From Ginglymostoma cirratum (lineage: Eukaryota), in contig JAHRHZ010000235.1 of assembly GCA_024137785.1 (NCBI GenBank), forward strand, positions 1-64,000: 64,000 nucleotides of DNA, given 5' to 3'. This document shows, piece by piece, positions 51,990 to 64,000 of the stretch (its first letter is position 1; each line of letters opens with the position of its first letter). The position numbers were made by a program, and so were the translations under genes. The notes below the pieces were generated by a model. The model saw only the letters and a program-made list of their open reading frames with translations. It made no database searches and had not been told where the DNA came from.

Positions 51990-54900
51990 ACCTTGCTCCA
52001 AATTTAAGTCTACTCTGTGCCCATACCTTGTCAAGTCAGTTTAAACCCCCCCACACCAACAGCATCAGCAAACCTCCCAGCAAGGATATTGGACTCATTC
52101 TGGTTCAGGGTAAACCTGTCCAGCTTGTACAGGTCCCACCTTCCCCAAATAATTTCCCAATGATCCAAACATCTAAAGACCTCTCTCCTGCACCATCCCT
52201 TTACCCACATGTTCATCTAACCCACCTTCCTATTCCTTTATTCAGTAGCACGTGGCACTGGAAGTAATGTGAAGATTGCAACCTTAGTTATCTTTTTTAG
52301 TCTGAAACCAAAATCTGTAAATTCCTGCTGCAGGATCTCATTTCTTGTTTTACGTATGTTATTGGTACTAACATGTACCACGACTGCTGGCTGCTCGCCC
52401 TCACCTTTCAGAATGCCCTGCTCTGAGACATCCCTCAACCTGGTACCAGGGAGGCACCATCCCATTCGAGAGCCTCGTTTGCTGCCACAGAACGGCCTGT
52501 CAGTTCCCCTTACAATCCAGGTCGCGATCACTAAACCTCTCCCAGTCTTTGCCCTCCCCTGCTGGGCAGCAGAGCCAACCGTGGTGCCACACAATTGGCT
52601 GTTGCTGCTTTCCCCTGAGAGGCCATTCCCCGCAACAGTATCCACCACAAACATGAATATGTAATGTGTCAGCAAGGAAAGTGGCCATTCAGCCCATTGT
52701 GTCTATACAGGTCATCAAACTCCTGTCATTTCATTTCCCAGCACTTGACCCAGAGCTGTGTATATTATCGCATTTCAAGAATTCATCGAAATAAATATTG
52801 TGAGGGTTCCTGCCTTTTCCATCCTTTCAAGCAGTGAGTTTCAGACCTCTCTCCTACCCTCTGGGTGAAACCGTTTTCCCTCAAATACTCCTGCCCTCAC
52901 CGTAAATCTATACTCCTGGTTATTGACCCCTGTACCAAGCAGGAAAGTTTCTGCCTCTCGACCCTGTCTGTGCTCCTCATAACTTTATACCCATCACTCA
53001 GATCCCCCCTCAGCATTCTCTGCTCTCAGGAAAACAACCCCAGCCTATTTTGTCTCTCTTCGTAGCTGAATCACTCCACCCTGGACAACATCCCGGTGAA
53101 TCTCCTCTGAACTGTCTCCAGTGCAATCTCATCCTTCCTATAGTGCGGTAACTAGAACTGTACACAGTGCTCCAGCTGTGACCTTATTAACATTATAGAC
53201 AGCTCCATCATACCCTCCCTGCTCTTGTATTCAATGCCTTGCCTAATAACGGCAACGATCCCATCTGCCTTTTTAACCACTTTATCTACCTGTCCTACTG
53301 CCTACACTGATCTATGGACATACTCACCAAGGTCCCTCTCACTCTTTGTACTTCCTGTGCTCCCACCATTCAGCGTGTACTCCCTTGTCTTGTTAGTCCT
53401 TCCAGGATGTATCACCTCACATTCTTCAGGATTAAATGCCATTTGCCACTGCTCAGCCCTTCATTGCTGCCCGTCTATGTCACTCTGTAGTCTCAGGCTT
53501 TCATCCTCACTATTTACCACAAACCAATGATTGTGTTCCCTGTTACCTTACTGATCATATCTCCTACATTCATGTCTAGTTCACTAATGTACACAGCAAA
53601 CAGCAATGGACCCAGCCCTGAACTCTGTGCTATCCCACTAGGCACAGGATTCCAGTCACAAAAACACCCTTCAACATCACACTCTGATTTTGCCAATCAG
53701 TCCAGTTTGGATCCAATTTCCCACATTGCCCTGGATTCCATGGGACTTACCTTCTTGTCCAGTCTCCCATGGCAGACCTTGTCAAAAGCCTGATTAAACC
53801 CGTCAGATATGATGTCCTCCTGATAAAGCCATGCTGACTGCACTTGATTCACCCTTAACCATCGAAGTGGAGATTAATTCTGTATCTCAGAATGCCTTCC
53901 GATAGTTTCCCTAACGCTGATGTTAGACTCACTGCTTTGTACGTTCCTGGTGTATCCCCACCTCCCTTCTTGAATAATGGCACCACATTATCTGTCCTCC
54001 AGTACTCTGGTATCCTTCTCATCACCAAGGAGGATTTGGAAATTAATCCCGAAGCCTCCGTAATTTCCTTCCTTATTTTCCACTGTTTCACATGCCCCAT
54101 CTTTACATTCCAAGTTTCTTTTCTCAGTAACCCCCTGCATGTTCTGCACTCCTCCAGGGCTCCTGCTGCTTTTATCGATGTTTACAGTTCATAAAAGGCC
54201 ATTCGGCCCATTGTGTCTGTGCTAGACAACTAAGATCTGACGACCCTTTCCCCATTCTCCAGCTCTTGGCCCACAGCCCTGGAGGCTACAGCAACAGCAA
54301 CAGCAGTGAATATCTAAACACTGCTTCAATGTTACAAGCGTCTGTGACTCAACCAGTCTTTCAGGTAGCCCGTTCCATATTCCCATCGCCCTCTGGGTGA
54401 AAACCTTTCTCTTCAACTCTACTCTTCGCCTTCTACTTCTAACCTTCAATCTGGACCCCTGGATATTGACCCCTCTAAGGGTATAAGGCCACAAGGAATA
54501 GAGACAGGAGAAGGACATTCAGGCCCTTGACACTGCTCTGTCATTTGATAGGACCATGGCTGATCTGACAATCATCTCGTCCACTTTCCTGCCTTTTTCC
54601 CTTAACCCTTGATTCGCTGACTTATCAAGAATCTATCAATCTCATCCTCTAATATACAAAAAGGATTCTAACTCCATTCCTCTGTGTGGCAAGGGGCTCC
54701 AGACATTCACAGCCCTCTGATAGAAGAAATTGGCCTGGCTAACCTCTGCTCATAGGACAGTCCCTGCATACCGGAGATCATCTCAGTGAACCTTCTCAGA
54801 TCTGTCAGCATTGAAATGATAAATTTATTAAATAAAGGGGCCAACCCTGTTAACGGTCCTCCAGATATGGTCTCACCAGCACCTCGTCCGGTTACAGTAA

Positions 54901-57900
54901 GACTTCCCCTAGTCTTAAACTCCAAGTCCCTTGAAATAAAGGCGAACATTCCACGAGCCTTCCTGATTCCTTGCTGCTCCTGTGTGCGAGCTTTCTGTGT
55001 TTCATGCACTTTGATGTTGCATCTCTCTGCAGTTTACCTCCATTTAAATAATATTCTATTCTTTTGTTCTCCCTTCCAAAATGAACAACTTCACATTTTC
55101 CACATTATACTCCATTTGCCAAATATTTGTCTACTTACCTAACCTATCAATATCTCCCTCTAAACTATTTGTATCTCTTTCATAACATGTCTTTCAATTT
55201 TTTTGTTCTATGTGCCAATTTGACTACAGTATATTTGCTTCCTTCCTCCAAGTCATTAATGTATATTGTAAACAGTTGTGACCCCAGCACAGATCCCTGT
55301 GGAAACCCACTGGCTACAGGATATCAAACTGAAAAATAACCCCTTATCCCAATTCTCGGTTTCCTGCCCATTCGCCAATTCTCTATCCATGCCAATATAC
55401 TCACTCAATCACCATGGACTCTTATGATTTAACCTTCTGTGAACTATCTTGTCGAACACCTTCAGGAAGCACAACTGCAACAGATCAATTGCTGCCCCTC
55501 TGCCCATTTGGCTTGAGACTACCTTAATAAACCCCAACAAATTATTCTGACAAACTTTCTCGTTTATGGAGCCATTCAGAATCTTCTCGATTAGAAGAGC
55601 CTATACTGTGTTGTACCGTTCTGTGTTCTTTCCAAAAGTTCTGCAATTACAGCTTTAATAACTGATTCCAACATTTTTAGACAATAGATGTTTGTGTAAT
55701 ATACCAATAATTAGTCACATTTTAGCCAATTAATGAAAATAATGCATTCCTGACAATCCTAATTGTGTCCCTCACAATTTTACGGACCTCTTTCAGGTTC
55801 CCCCATAAACTTCACTGATCCAAAGAAAACAACCCCAGCCTTTCCAACCTTTCCTCATAGCTCAGACCCTCCAGGCCAGGCAGCATTCTGGTAAATCTCC
55901 TCTGCACCCTCTCGAGTACAATCATAGAACATAGAACATAGAACAATACAGAGCAGAACAGGCCCTTCGGCCCTCGATGTTGCGCCGCCCTGTGAACTAA
56001 TCTCATCCCATTCCCCTACACTATCCCATCATCATCCATATGCTTATCCAAGGACTGTTTAAATGCCCCTAATGTGGCTGAGTTAACTACATTGGCAGGC
56101 AGGGCATTCCACGCCCTTACCACTCTCTGAGTAAAGAACCTGCCTCTGATATCTGTCTTAAATCTATCACCCCTCAATTTGCAGCTATGCCCCCTCGTAC
56201 TAGCCGACGTCATCAGCCAAGGAAAAAGACTCTCACTGTCCACCCAATCTAATCCTCTGATCATTTTGTAGGTCTCTATTCAATTCCCTCTGAGCCTTCT
56301 TCTCTCCAATGAGAACAGACCCAAGTCCCTCAGTCTTTCCTCATAAGACCTTCGCTCCAGACCAGGCAACATCCTGGTAAATCTCCTCTGCACCTTTTCC
56401 AATGCTTCCACATCCTTCCTGTAATGGGGCGACCAGAACTGTACACAGTATTCCAAGTGAGGCTGCACTAGCGTTCTGTACAGTTGCAGCATGACATCAC
56501 GGCTCCGGAACTCAATCCCTCTACCAATGAAACCTAACACACCGTATGCCTTCTTAACAGCACTATCAACCTGGGTGGCAACTTTCAGGGATCTGTGTAC
56601 CTGAACACCAATATCCCTCTGCACATCCACACTACCAAGAATCTTTCCATTGACCCAGTATTCTGCCTAAATCACATCCTTCCTATAATGTGGTGACCAG
56701 AACTGCATACAATATTCTAAATGTGGTCAAACCAGTGTTTTATACAGTTCCAATATAAACCCCCCTGCTCTTGTATTCTAATAAAGGCCAGTATCCCATA
56801 TGTCTTCTGAACCGCCTATTCTCCCTGTCCTGCTACTTTCAGGGATCTGTGGATAGACACACCGAGCTCCCTCAGATTTTTAGTACAGTTTTGAGCTCTC
56901 GGTATCTGCCATTAACTTTCCTTTTTCACTTCACCAATCCTTTCCATCCATTGACATCCAGGGTTCTCTGGCCTTGTTGGTCTATCCCTTGACTTTTAAA
57001 GGAACATGTTGGCCCTGCGCTCTCATTATTTCCTTTTTGAAATACTCCCACAGCCCTCAATGTGCAGTAACGCCTGTCTCCGGTGTTCATAAAACATTGA
57101 TCAAACTCAGCCTTGAAGATATTCAATGAGCAGCCTCCAGTGCTCTCTGGGGAAAGGAATCCCACAGGCTAACAGCTCTCAGATATAAGGAAAACACTCC
57201 TCATTTCCGGCTTCAATGAGATGCCTCTCATTCTTGATCTGTGTTGCTCAGTTCCAACTCCCCTCAGTAAGAGGAAACAATCTCTTGGATCCACCTGATC
57301 CAGTCCCCTCAGGATCTTATAGGATCCAATAAAATCACCTCTCTGTCTTCAAAACTCCAAAGGGTGAAGGCCCAGCTTGTTCAATCTTTCCTTCCTCCCT
57401 CATCCTAGGCATCAGTCAAATGAACCATCTCCGAACTGCTTCCAATGCAGCTCTTGTCCTTCCTTCAATAAGGAAACAGAAACTGGGCACCGTACTCCAG
57501 ATGTGTTCTCACCAATCCCCTAACCCTAACCCCTGTACAGCTGCAGTAAAATGTCACTGTTTTTGAATTGAATTCCCTTTGTAATGAGCATCAACACTCT
57601 ATCTGCCTACAGATTCACTTGCGTAGCTGCGTACTAACTTTGGGATTCACGTCCCACCACACTCAGATCCCTTTGTCCCTCAGAGGGCTGCAATCTCTCT
57701 CCATTTCAATAGTATCCTGCTTTCTCCTCTTCCTGCCAAAGTGAGAAGGTCACATTTCCTCACATGATACTACAGCTGCCCAACACTTCTCCATAGCGCA
57801 GCTGTATCTAATATTCAGCAAGATGGACCTTCACTGCGAAAGTGTCATTTGTAACGAGAATAGTGACACATCTCTGAGAATCGCATCCATAACCAGTTTT

Positions 57901-60900
57901 ATTTAAGCTTTCTTTAGTTCTGTGTTGAGTGACACAATGCTCTGGTTTGGGCTTTGCTGCCTCCACTTTGTCTTTAACTGTTAATATCTCGCAAACTTTG
58001 ATCAGCTCATCCCTTAACCTTCTGAATTCTAGAGAAAACAGGCCTAATCTGGAAAATCTCTCCTCATAAGTCATCCTCAGAAGACCAGGTATCATTTTTG
58101 TGAACCAACATTGTACTCCGTCCAAACCAATATATCCTTCCGTAGGCGTGGTGCCTAGAACTGCTCACAGTTCTGCAAGTGGTGTCTAACCAGGGTTTTG
58201 TATAACTGCAGTATAACTTCCGTGTCCTTTTACTCACGTCAGGTATAAAGACCAGCATTCAGTTCACGTTGTTGATTATTTTCTACCCTTGTTTGTGATA
58301 TTATGAAGATCTATGCACCTGAACCTCCAAGTCTCTTTGGAAATCCACTGTATTTAGTTTCATACCATCTAGAAAGTACCTCGAACTGTCCTTTCTCAGT
58401 CTGAACTAAGTAATCTCACACGTGCTTGCATTGAAATTCATCTGCCACATGTTTGATCATTCACGTGGTCTATCAATATTCATCTGCAATTTTATGTTAT
58501 CGTAGACACTGTCTTCAATACAGCCTAACTTTGTGACATCAGCAAATCTGAATATCTGATTTTCTGTGTCATTATCCAAATTATTCATCAATGAGAATAA
58601 TTGGGGCCTAACACATATGTTTGTGGAACACCACTTGTCACATCCTGCGAATTTCAGTACCTACCTATTATCTCTCCTTCTGTTGTCTGCCTCTCAACCA
58701 ATTTCCCAGCCATGTCAGTAATTTACCATCAACTCCATGAGTTTCTACTTTGGTTACCAGTCTCTTATGTGGGACTTTATCAAACACCTTCTGAAAGTCC
58801 ATATAAACAATATCCACAGACATTATTCTGTCCAGTCCTCTCGGCGCCTCTTCAAATATCAGAGTGACCTGTGCAATTTTCAAATCCAGAAGAATGATTC
58901 CCGTGTCTTGGGAACTCTGCAAGATTATTGTTAGAGAGTTTGGGTGGAAACTGTCAGGTCCTGGGGATCTGTCCCTCTTTAGTTCCATTAATTTCCACAT
59001 TACCGATGTTTTACTGACATTAATTTTATTCAGTCCCTGTCCCTGGTACTCTGTTAATTCCTTTGGGATTTCAGGCAGGCCCTCCTCCTTTTCTCCTGTA
59101 AATCCTGAGGTAAAGTAATTAGTTAACATGTCCGTCATTTCCCCACAGTCACTGACAATATCTCTCACTTTCAGTCTTTAGTGGCGAATATTGCTCCTGA
59201 CATCCCGGTTTTCCCTTAATGGAACGAGAATATTTCTTTTGATTGATTTTGACATCCCTTGCACGTTCCCTTTCAGAATCCTGTTTGGTGGCTCTGAGAA
59301 GCTGCTTTGTAGTACTTTATATCTTTTCCATTTAGCAGGATCTGTGCTGTTCTTTTGCGTTTTTGTAAGCCCTTTCTTTCGGTTTTATTCTTTTCTTTAT
59401 CTCTTTAATTGTTCATCGTTGTTTGTTCGGTGAAGTGGAGCATTTCCCTCTCAGGGTATTAACTGGTTTTATTTTGTTTTAAATGTTTCTTTAAACATCC
59501 TCTACTGGTCTCCAGTTGTTTTACCCATCAGCAGATTTTCCCATTTACTGTGGACAGCCTCTTGCCATCTCGTTGACGTCAGTCTGACCAAAATTTGAAA
59601 CCCGAACAGCTGATTCATGCTTTTCACGCTCAAACGCGACATTGAACTCGATTGTGTTATGATCGCTGTTGGATAAATGTTCGTGAACAATTTGTTTACT
59701 AATTAAATCCAGTTCATTACTCATTACTAAATCCAATATTGATTGCCCCTTTGTTGCATCCAGGACATATTGTTGCAGGAAACTATCCTGTATACTCAGC
59801 AGAAATTCATTCCCTTTCTAACAAGGTGCTTGCCTGCCTCTCCCAATCTCAGTTAAAGTTAAAATCCACCATGAATACTGCACTGGCTTTGCTACACACT
59901 GTCTAATTTCTGCGTTGAAACAATCTAGCACCTCAGAGCTGCTGTCGGAGGGCCTGTACACAACACCGATTACGGTTTTAGATCCTTTCTTGTTCCTTAG
60001 TTCCACTGAATGCTTTCTCCTCATTTTATCCTCCCTCACCGTTGAACTCATTTTGTTTCTAATCAGAAACAAACAAAAAAACAAACTGCTGATGCTGGAA
60101 TCCAAGGAGACAAACAGGAGGCTGGAAGAACACAGCATCAGATGCTGCCTAGCCTGCTGTGTTCTTCCAGCCTCCTGTTTGTCTCCCTTGTTTATAATCA
60201 GCGAGGCTGCTCCACCTCCTCTTCCCTTTCCCCCTGTCCGTCCTGTAAACTTTGTAACCCGGGATATTTAGTTCCCAATCCCAACCATCCTGCAGCCATA
60301 TCTCAGGCATGGCTACTCTATCACAGTCTCCAATTTGAATTTGTGTCTGCAGTTAATTTAGTTTATTCCTGACCCGCTGTGCATTAGAATATAGAACTCT
60401 GACTTGGGCCATTCACTGGAACCTGTTCCTCAGCACTGATGCTGTATTGACTTGTTTATTTTTTCTCTCTTTCAGTTTAATCGATACATTTCTAATTGCT
60501 TTGTGTTTATCTGCTGGACTTGAAGTCAGATTCCTGACAGTTTCATTTCTCTCCGTCATGTTCCTCGATATTAAAATGTATTGACTCGCCCCATCACTCC
60601 ACTCCCAGCATTTACTTGTCGAAAGTCTTTGTGCCCACCCTATTTAGCCTTTCCGCTGGGACATTGGTCCCAGGTCAGTTCAGGTGGAGCCTGTTCCAAT
60701 GGTACAGGTCCTTCCTGTCCCAGTACTGATTCTAGTGCCACACAAAATGGAACCTCCCCTTCCCACACCGTTCCTTCAGCTGTGCATTCACTTCCTGAAT
60801 TTTATTATCTCTTTGTCAATTTTGTATGTATCTTGGTTAATACTCCAGAGATTATATCCCTTGAATCCTGTTCTTTAGTTGTGTTTCTATTTGTTGGTAT

Positions 60901-61560
60901 TCCCCAAACAGGACCTCTTTCCTATTCTTGCCGATGATGTTGGTCCCAACATGAACCAGAACAATTGGATCTCCCCCCTTCCACTCCGATATCCTTTCAA
61001 GCTGGTTCGAGGTGTCTCTTACCTTGGTATCAGGCAGGCAGCACATCATGTGAGAATATCAATCCTGCTCACAAAGGATGCTACCGATTCCCCTTCATCA
61101 TCAAATCCCCCTCTTTTCTTAGTGCTCCCCTTAATAAATGACCTCCTGGCCTACGGTGCAGTAGTCAGTTTGCCCACCCTCCCTAAGTCCTTTTCCTCAT
61201 CCGCACACGGAGCAAGTACCTCCTTCCTTTGAAAAAAAGGTCAAGGGCTGAGGCTCCAGCAATGATAAATTCAGGATGCATCACGCTCCCTCACTTGTAT
61301 TCACACCCTCCTGTCCCTGACCACTGACCAGAAATTGAAGTATTTAACCTACAGTGTGTGACTGCCTCCTGAACACAGTGACCAGGTAACTCTCCCCCTC
61401 CCTGATGTGTCGCAGTGTTTGAAGCTCAGAATCAAGCTCATTAACTCTGAGCTGGAGAGCCTTGAGCAACCAGCACTTGCTGCAGACGTGGTTACTCAGA
61501 GCTACAATGGCGTCACCCAGTTTCCACATCATGCAGTTACTGTATATCGCCAGGCCCTGT
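51990..61560 (-). mobile_element. Stack of decayed CR1 elements incl. ORF1 remnants (52000-52660, about 60550-61560) and a young nested copy 55925-56668 (aatca TSD)
   Basis: WCLPGTRLRDV, MMCCLPDTKVRD, YMDFQKVFDKVPH, LEKVQRRFTRMLPG. Confidence 0.85.
60067..60194. mobile_element. Short fold-back element: perfect 32-bp inverted repeat with 7-bp TSD
   Basis: Arms 60106-60137 and 60155-60186; taatcag at 60060-60066 and 60195-60201. Confidence 0.8.
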
Positions 61561-61844
61561 GTCTGTAGATAATTTCATGAGTTTTTAATTTGTAATTTTA
61601 AATTTCTTGCTGTTTTAAATCAGCAAAATATTTCAGTCAAGGAGACAGAGAAGGCTCCATCACAGGAGGAGGCTGTTCAGCCCCTCGTGTCAGTGCTAGC
61701 TGTTTACTAACCTCATTCACAATGAACATTGCAGGTGAATGTTTGTTGTCGGGAAGTGATTGCATCTGTTTTACTGAACAGAATGACTGACAAATATGAT
61801 CTGATCACAGAGAATCAGCATGGATTTAAAAAGGATCAAGCATC

Positions 61845-62862
61845 TGTGCTCGGACCTCAGCTTTTCACAATAATTCTCAACGACTTGAATGAAGGATCAG
61901 AGAGCCAAACATCCAAGATTGCTGTCCACACTGAGTGAGGCGGCTTGGAGGAGGTGACAGAGATAGGGAGGGTGGGGGACAAGGAGGGGTTTGAGAACAA
62001 GGATGAGAATTTGAAAATCGAGGTGTTGCTGGACTGGGAGACAACGTAGGTCAGTGAGCAGAGTGGTGGGGGTGGTGGGGGTGGGGGGGAATGGGACTTC
62101 GTGCGAGTTTGGATTTGGGTACACACTTTGGGATGAGCTGATTCTTACAGAGGCCCGTGGCTATGATGTGGGCCAGGACAACATTGGAATGATCACATTT
62201 GGAGTCCCAAAGACAGGGCTGAGATTTTCAGGGGCTGATCTTTGTGATGTGGAGGATGTGGGGCTCAGATCACACTCAAAGATAAGGCCAAGGTAGTAAA
62301 GAATCTAGTTGAGCAGCAGACAGTGCTCAGGGAGAGGGATGGAGTTTGTACCGGGAGCTGGAGAGGATGGCTTTGATCTTCCCAATGTGTTTTCCAGTGA
62401 GCCTGGCTCCTCAGTCCTGACTGCTCTTAGCTGCTGTGATTGTCACTGATTGGACACTTATTATTAGAGATTCTGACCACAGCAGAAAGCCCCAGTGTAA
62501 AAAATAACTGCAAAGCCTGTCAGATCGCAAGGTTGAAACTTCATCAAAAGAGGAAGTGAAAGAAGGAGCTTGGAGCAGCTGGATATTTGTTACTGACATC
62601 ACAGGAGGAGGCCATTCAACACATTATGCCTGTGAGTAATACAGGTAGTCCCACTGTCCCTCTCTATCCCCATAACCCAGCAAATCTTTCCTTTTCAGTT
62701 CCACCTCCAATTCCCACCTGTAGTCCTGGGTCCACAACATTTTACTGCCCCTAACCTGGGCATCCAATTGACATCTCATTCATTCATTGGGAGACAAACT
62801 GCCTGTGCTGGGAAATTGAGCTCAGGACCCTCATTATTCCCTCTCCTCTTCTGAGGGACACT
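61845..62862. repeat. Inverted segmental paralog of Ig-upstream DNA (42450-43180 and 40283-40545)
   Basis: Shared unique sequence and shared L2/CR1 junction; 80-bp identical core. Confidence 0.9.
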
Positions 62863-64000
62863 TCAGTTTTTTCTATATTCCCTCGTGGCACTTGGGCATG
62901 ACTGGCTGGACCAGAATTTTTAACTGTCCCTAGTCGCTCCTTGAGAATATGCTGGTCAGCTGCATTCTTGAACTGCTATAGCCCACGTGCTGCAGATTGA
63001 CCCACAGTGCCCTTAGGGAGGGGATTCCGTGATGTTGACCCAGTGACAGGGGAAGTTTTATTTCCAAGTCAGGATGGGGAGTGGCTTGGAGGGGAACATG
63101 CAGTTGATGATGTTCCAATGTATCTGCTGCCTTTGCCCTTCTCAATGGAAGACATTGTGTGTTTGGAAGATGCAGTATGAGGGTCTTTCGTGAATTTCTC
63201 CATTTTATGGATAATCCTCACTGCTGCTCCTGACTGTCAGAGGTTGTTGGGTTGGATGCTTTGTGGATGGGAAGCCAATCAAACGGGCTGCTGGCTCTGT
63301 ATGGTATCAATTTTTTAGTTTGAATAAGAAAGTCATAGAATTGGATAGACATGGATAGGAAAGGTTTAGAGGGATATGGGCCAATCACAGGTAAATGGGA
63401 CTAGTTCAGTTTAGGAAACCTGATCAGCAAGGACAGATTTGGCTGAAGGGTCTGTTTCCGTGTTGTGTGACTCTTTGACACTATGACTGTATGAATATTG
63501 TTGGAACTGCACCCATCTAGCCAAGTGGGGAGTATTCCATCACAGTCCTGATTTTTGCCTTGTTGATGGTTGACAGGTTTTGGGCGAATCAGGAGGTGAG
63601 TTACTTGATGCAGTATTCCAAGCCTCTAACGTGGTCTTGTAACCATGGTGTTTCTGCGATGGGACAAATTGAGTTTCTGGTCAATAGTAACCCCTGGGAT
63701 GTTGATAGTGGGGATTCAGTGATGGTAATAGCAGTTTCTTTCAAGGGGTGATGGTTAGATTGTCCTTCTTTTAGTGATGGTCATTGCCTGGTATTAGCAA
63801 TGTGAAATGTCACTTTTCAGACCAAATTTGGATATTGTCCAGTTATTGTTCCATTTGAACATGGACTGCTTCGGTACCTGAGGATTTGTGAATGCTGATG
63901 AACATTGTACAATCATTGGCAAACATTCCATTTCTGAGCTTGCCTTGAGTTACAATGTCTGTGCGTAGTCTGTCCCATTTAGCACAGTGATAGTGTCACG

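Overview
Vertebrate genomic DNA, almost certainly from a cartilaginous fish (shark-type CR1, Penelope and SINE repeats; shark-type Ig light chain). Most of the window is nested retroelement debris: CR1, L2, Rex/Babar, Tx1/L1, a Gypsy/Gmr1-like fragment, Penelope-like elements carrying hammerhead ribozyme motifs, and minisatellites. The one intact gene I can see is a minus-strand kappa-type (type III/NS4-like) immunoglobulin light-chain cluster: leader 36475-36523, V and J already fused in the genome with no RSS 35959-36288, an 11-kb intron, and C 24597-24925. It predicts an open 235-aa protein. Around it are: (i) a dense B-cell motif cluster (PU.1, octamer, kappaB-like, E-boxes) about 5 kb 3' of C; (ii) an upstream EICE/RUNX/E-box module with an inverted paralog at 61.8-62.9 kb, predicting a second, divergently oriented cluster beyond the right edge; (iii) another inverted copy of upstream sequence at 8.3-8.9 kb; and (iv) two orphan unprocessed gene fragments, three RABGAP1L-like exons at 18.4-19.1 kb and four exons of an unidentified decayed gene at 3.5-8.0 kb. 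The region reads as a segmental-duplication mosaic built around Ig light-chain clusters. Repeat boundaries are approximate, set by eye; exon, motif and TSD coordinates were counted directly. No database searches were run.
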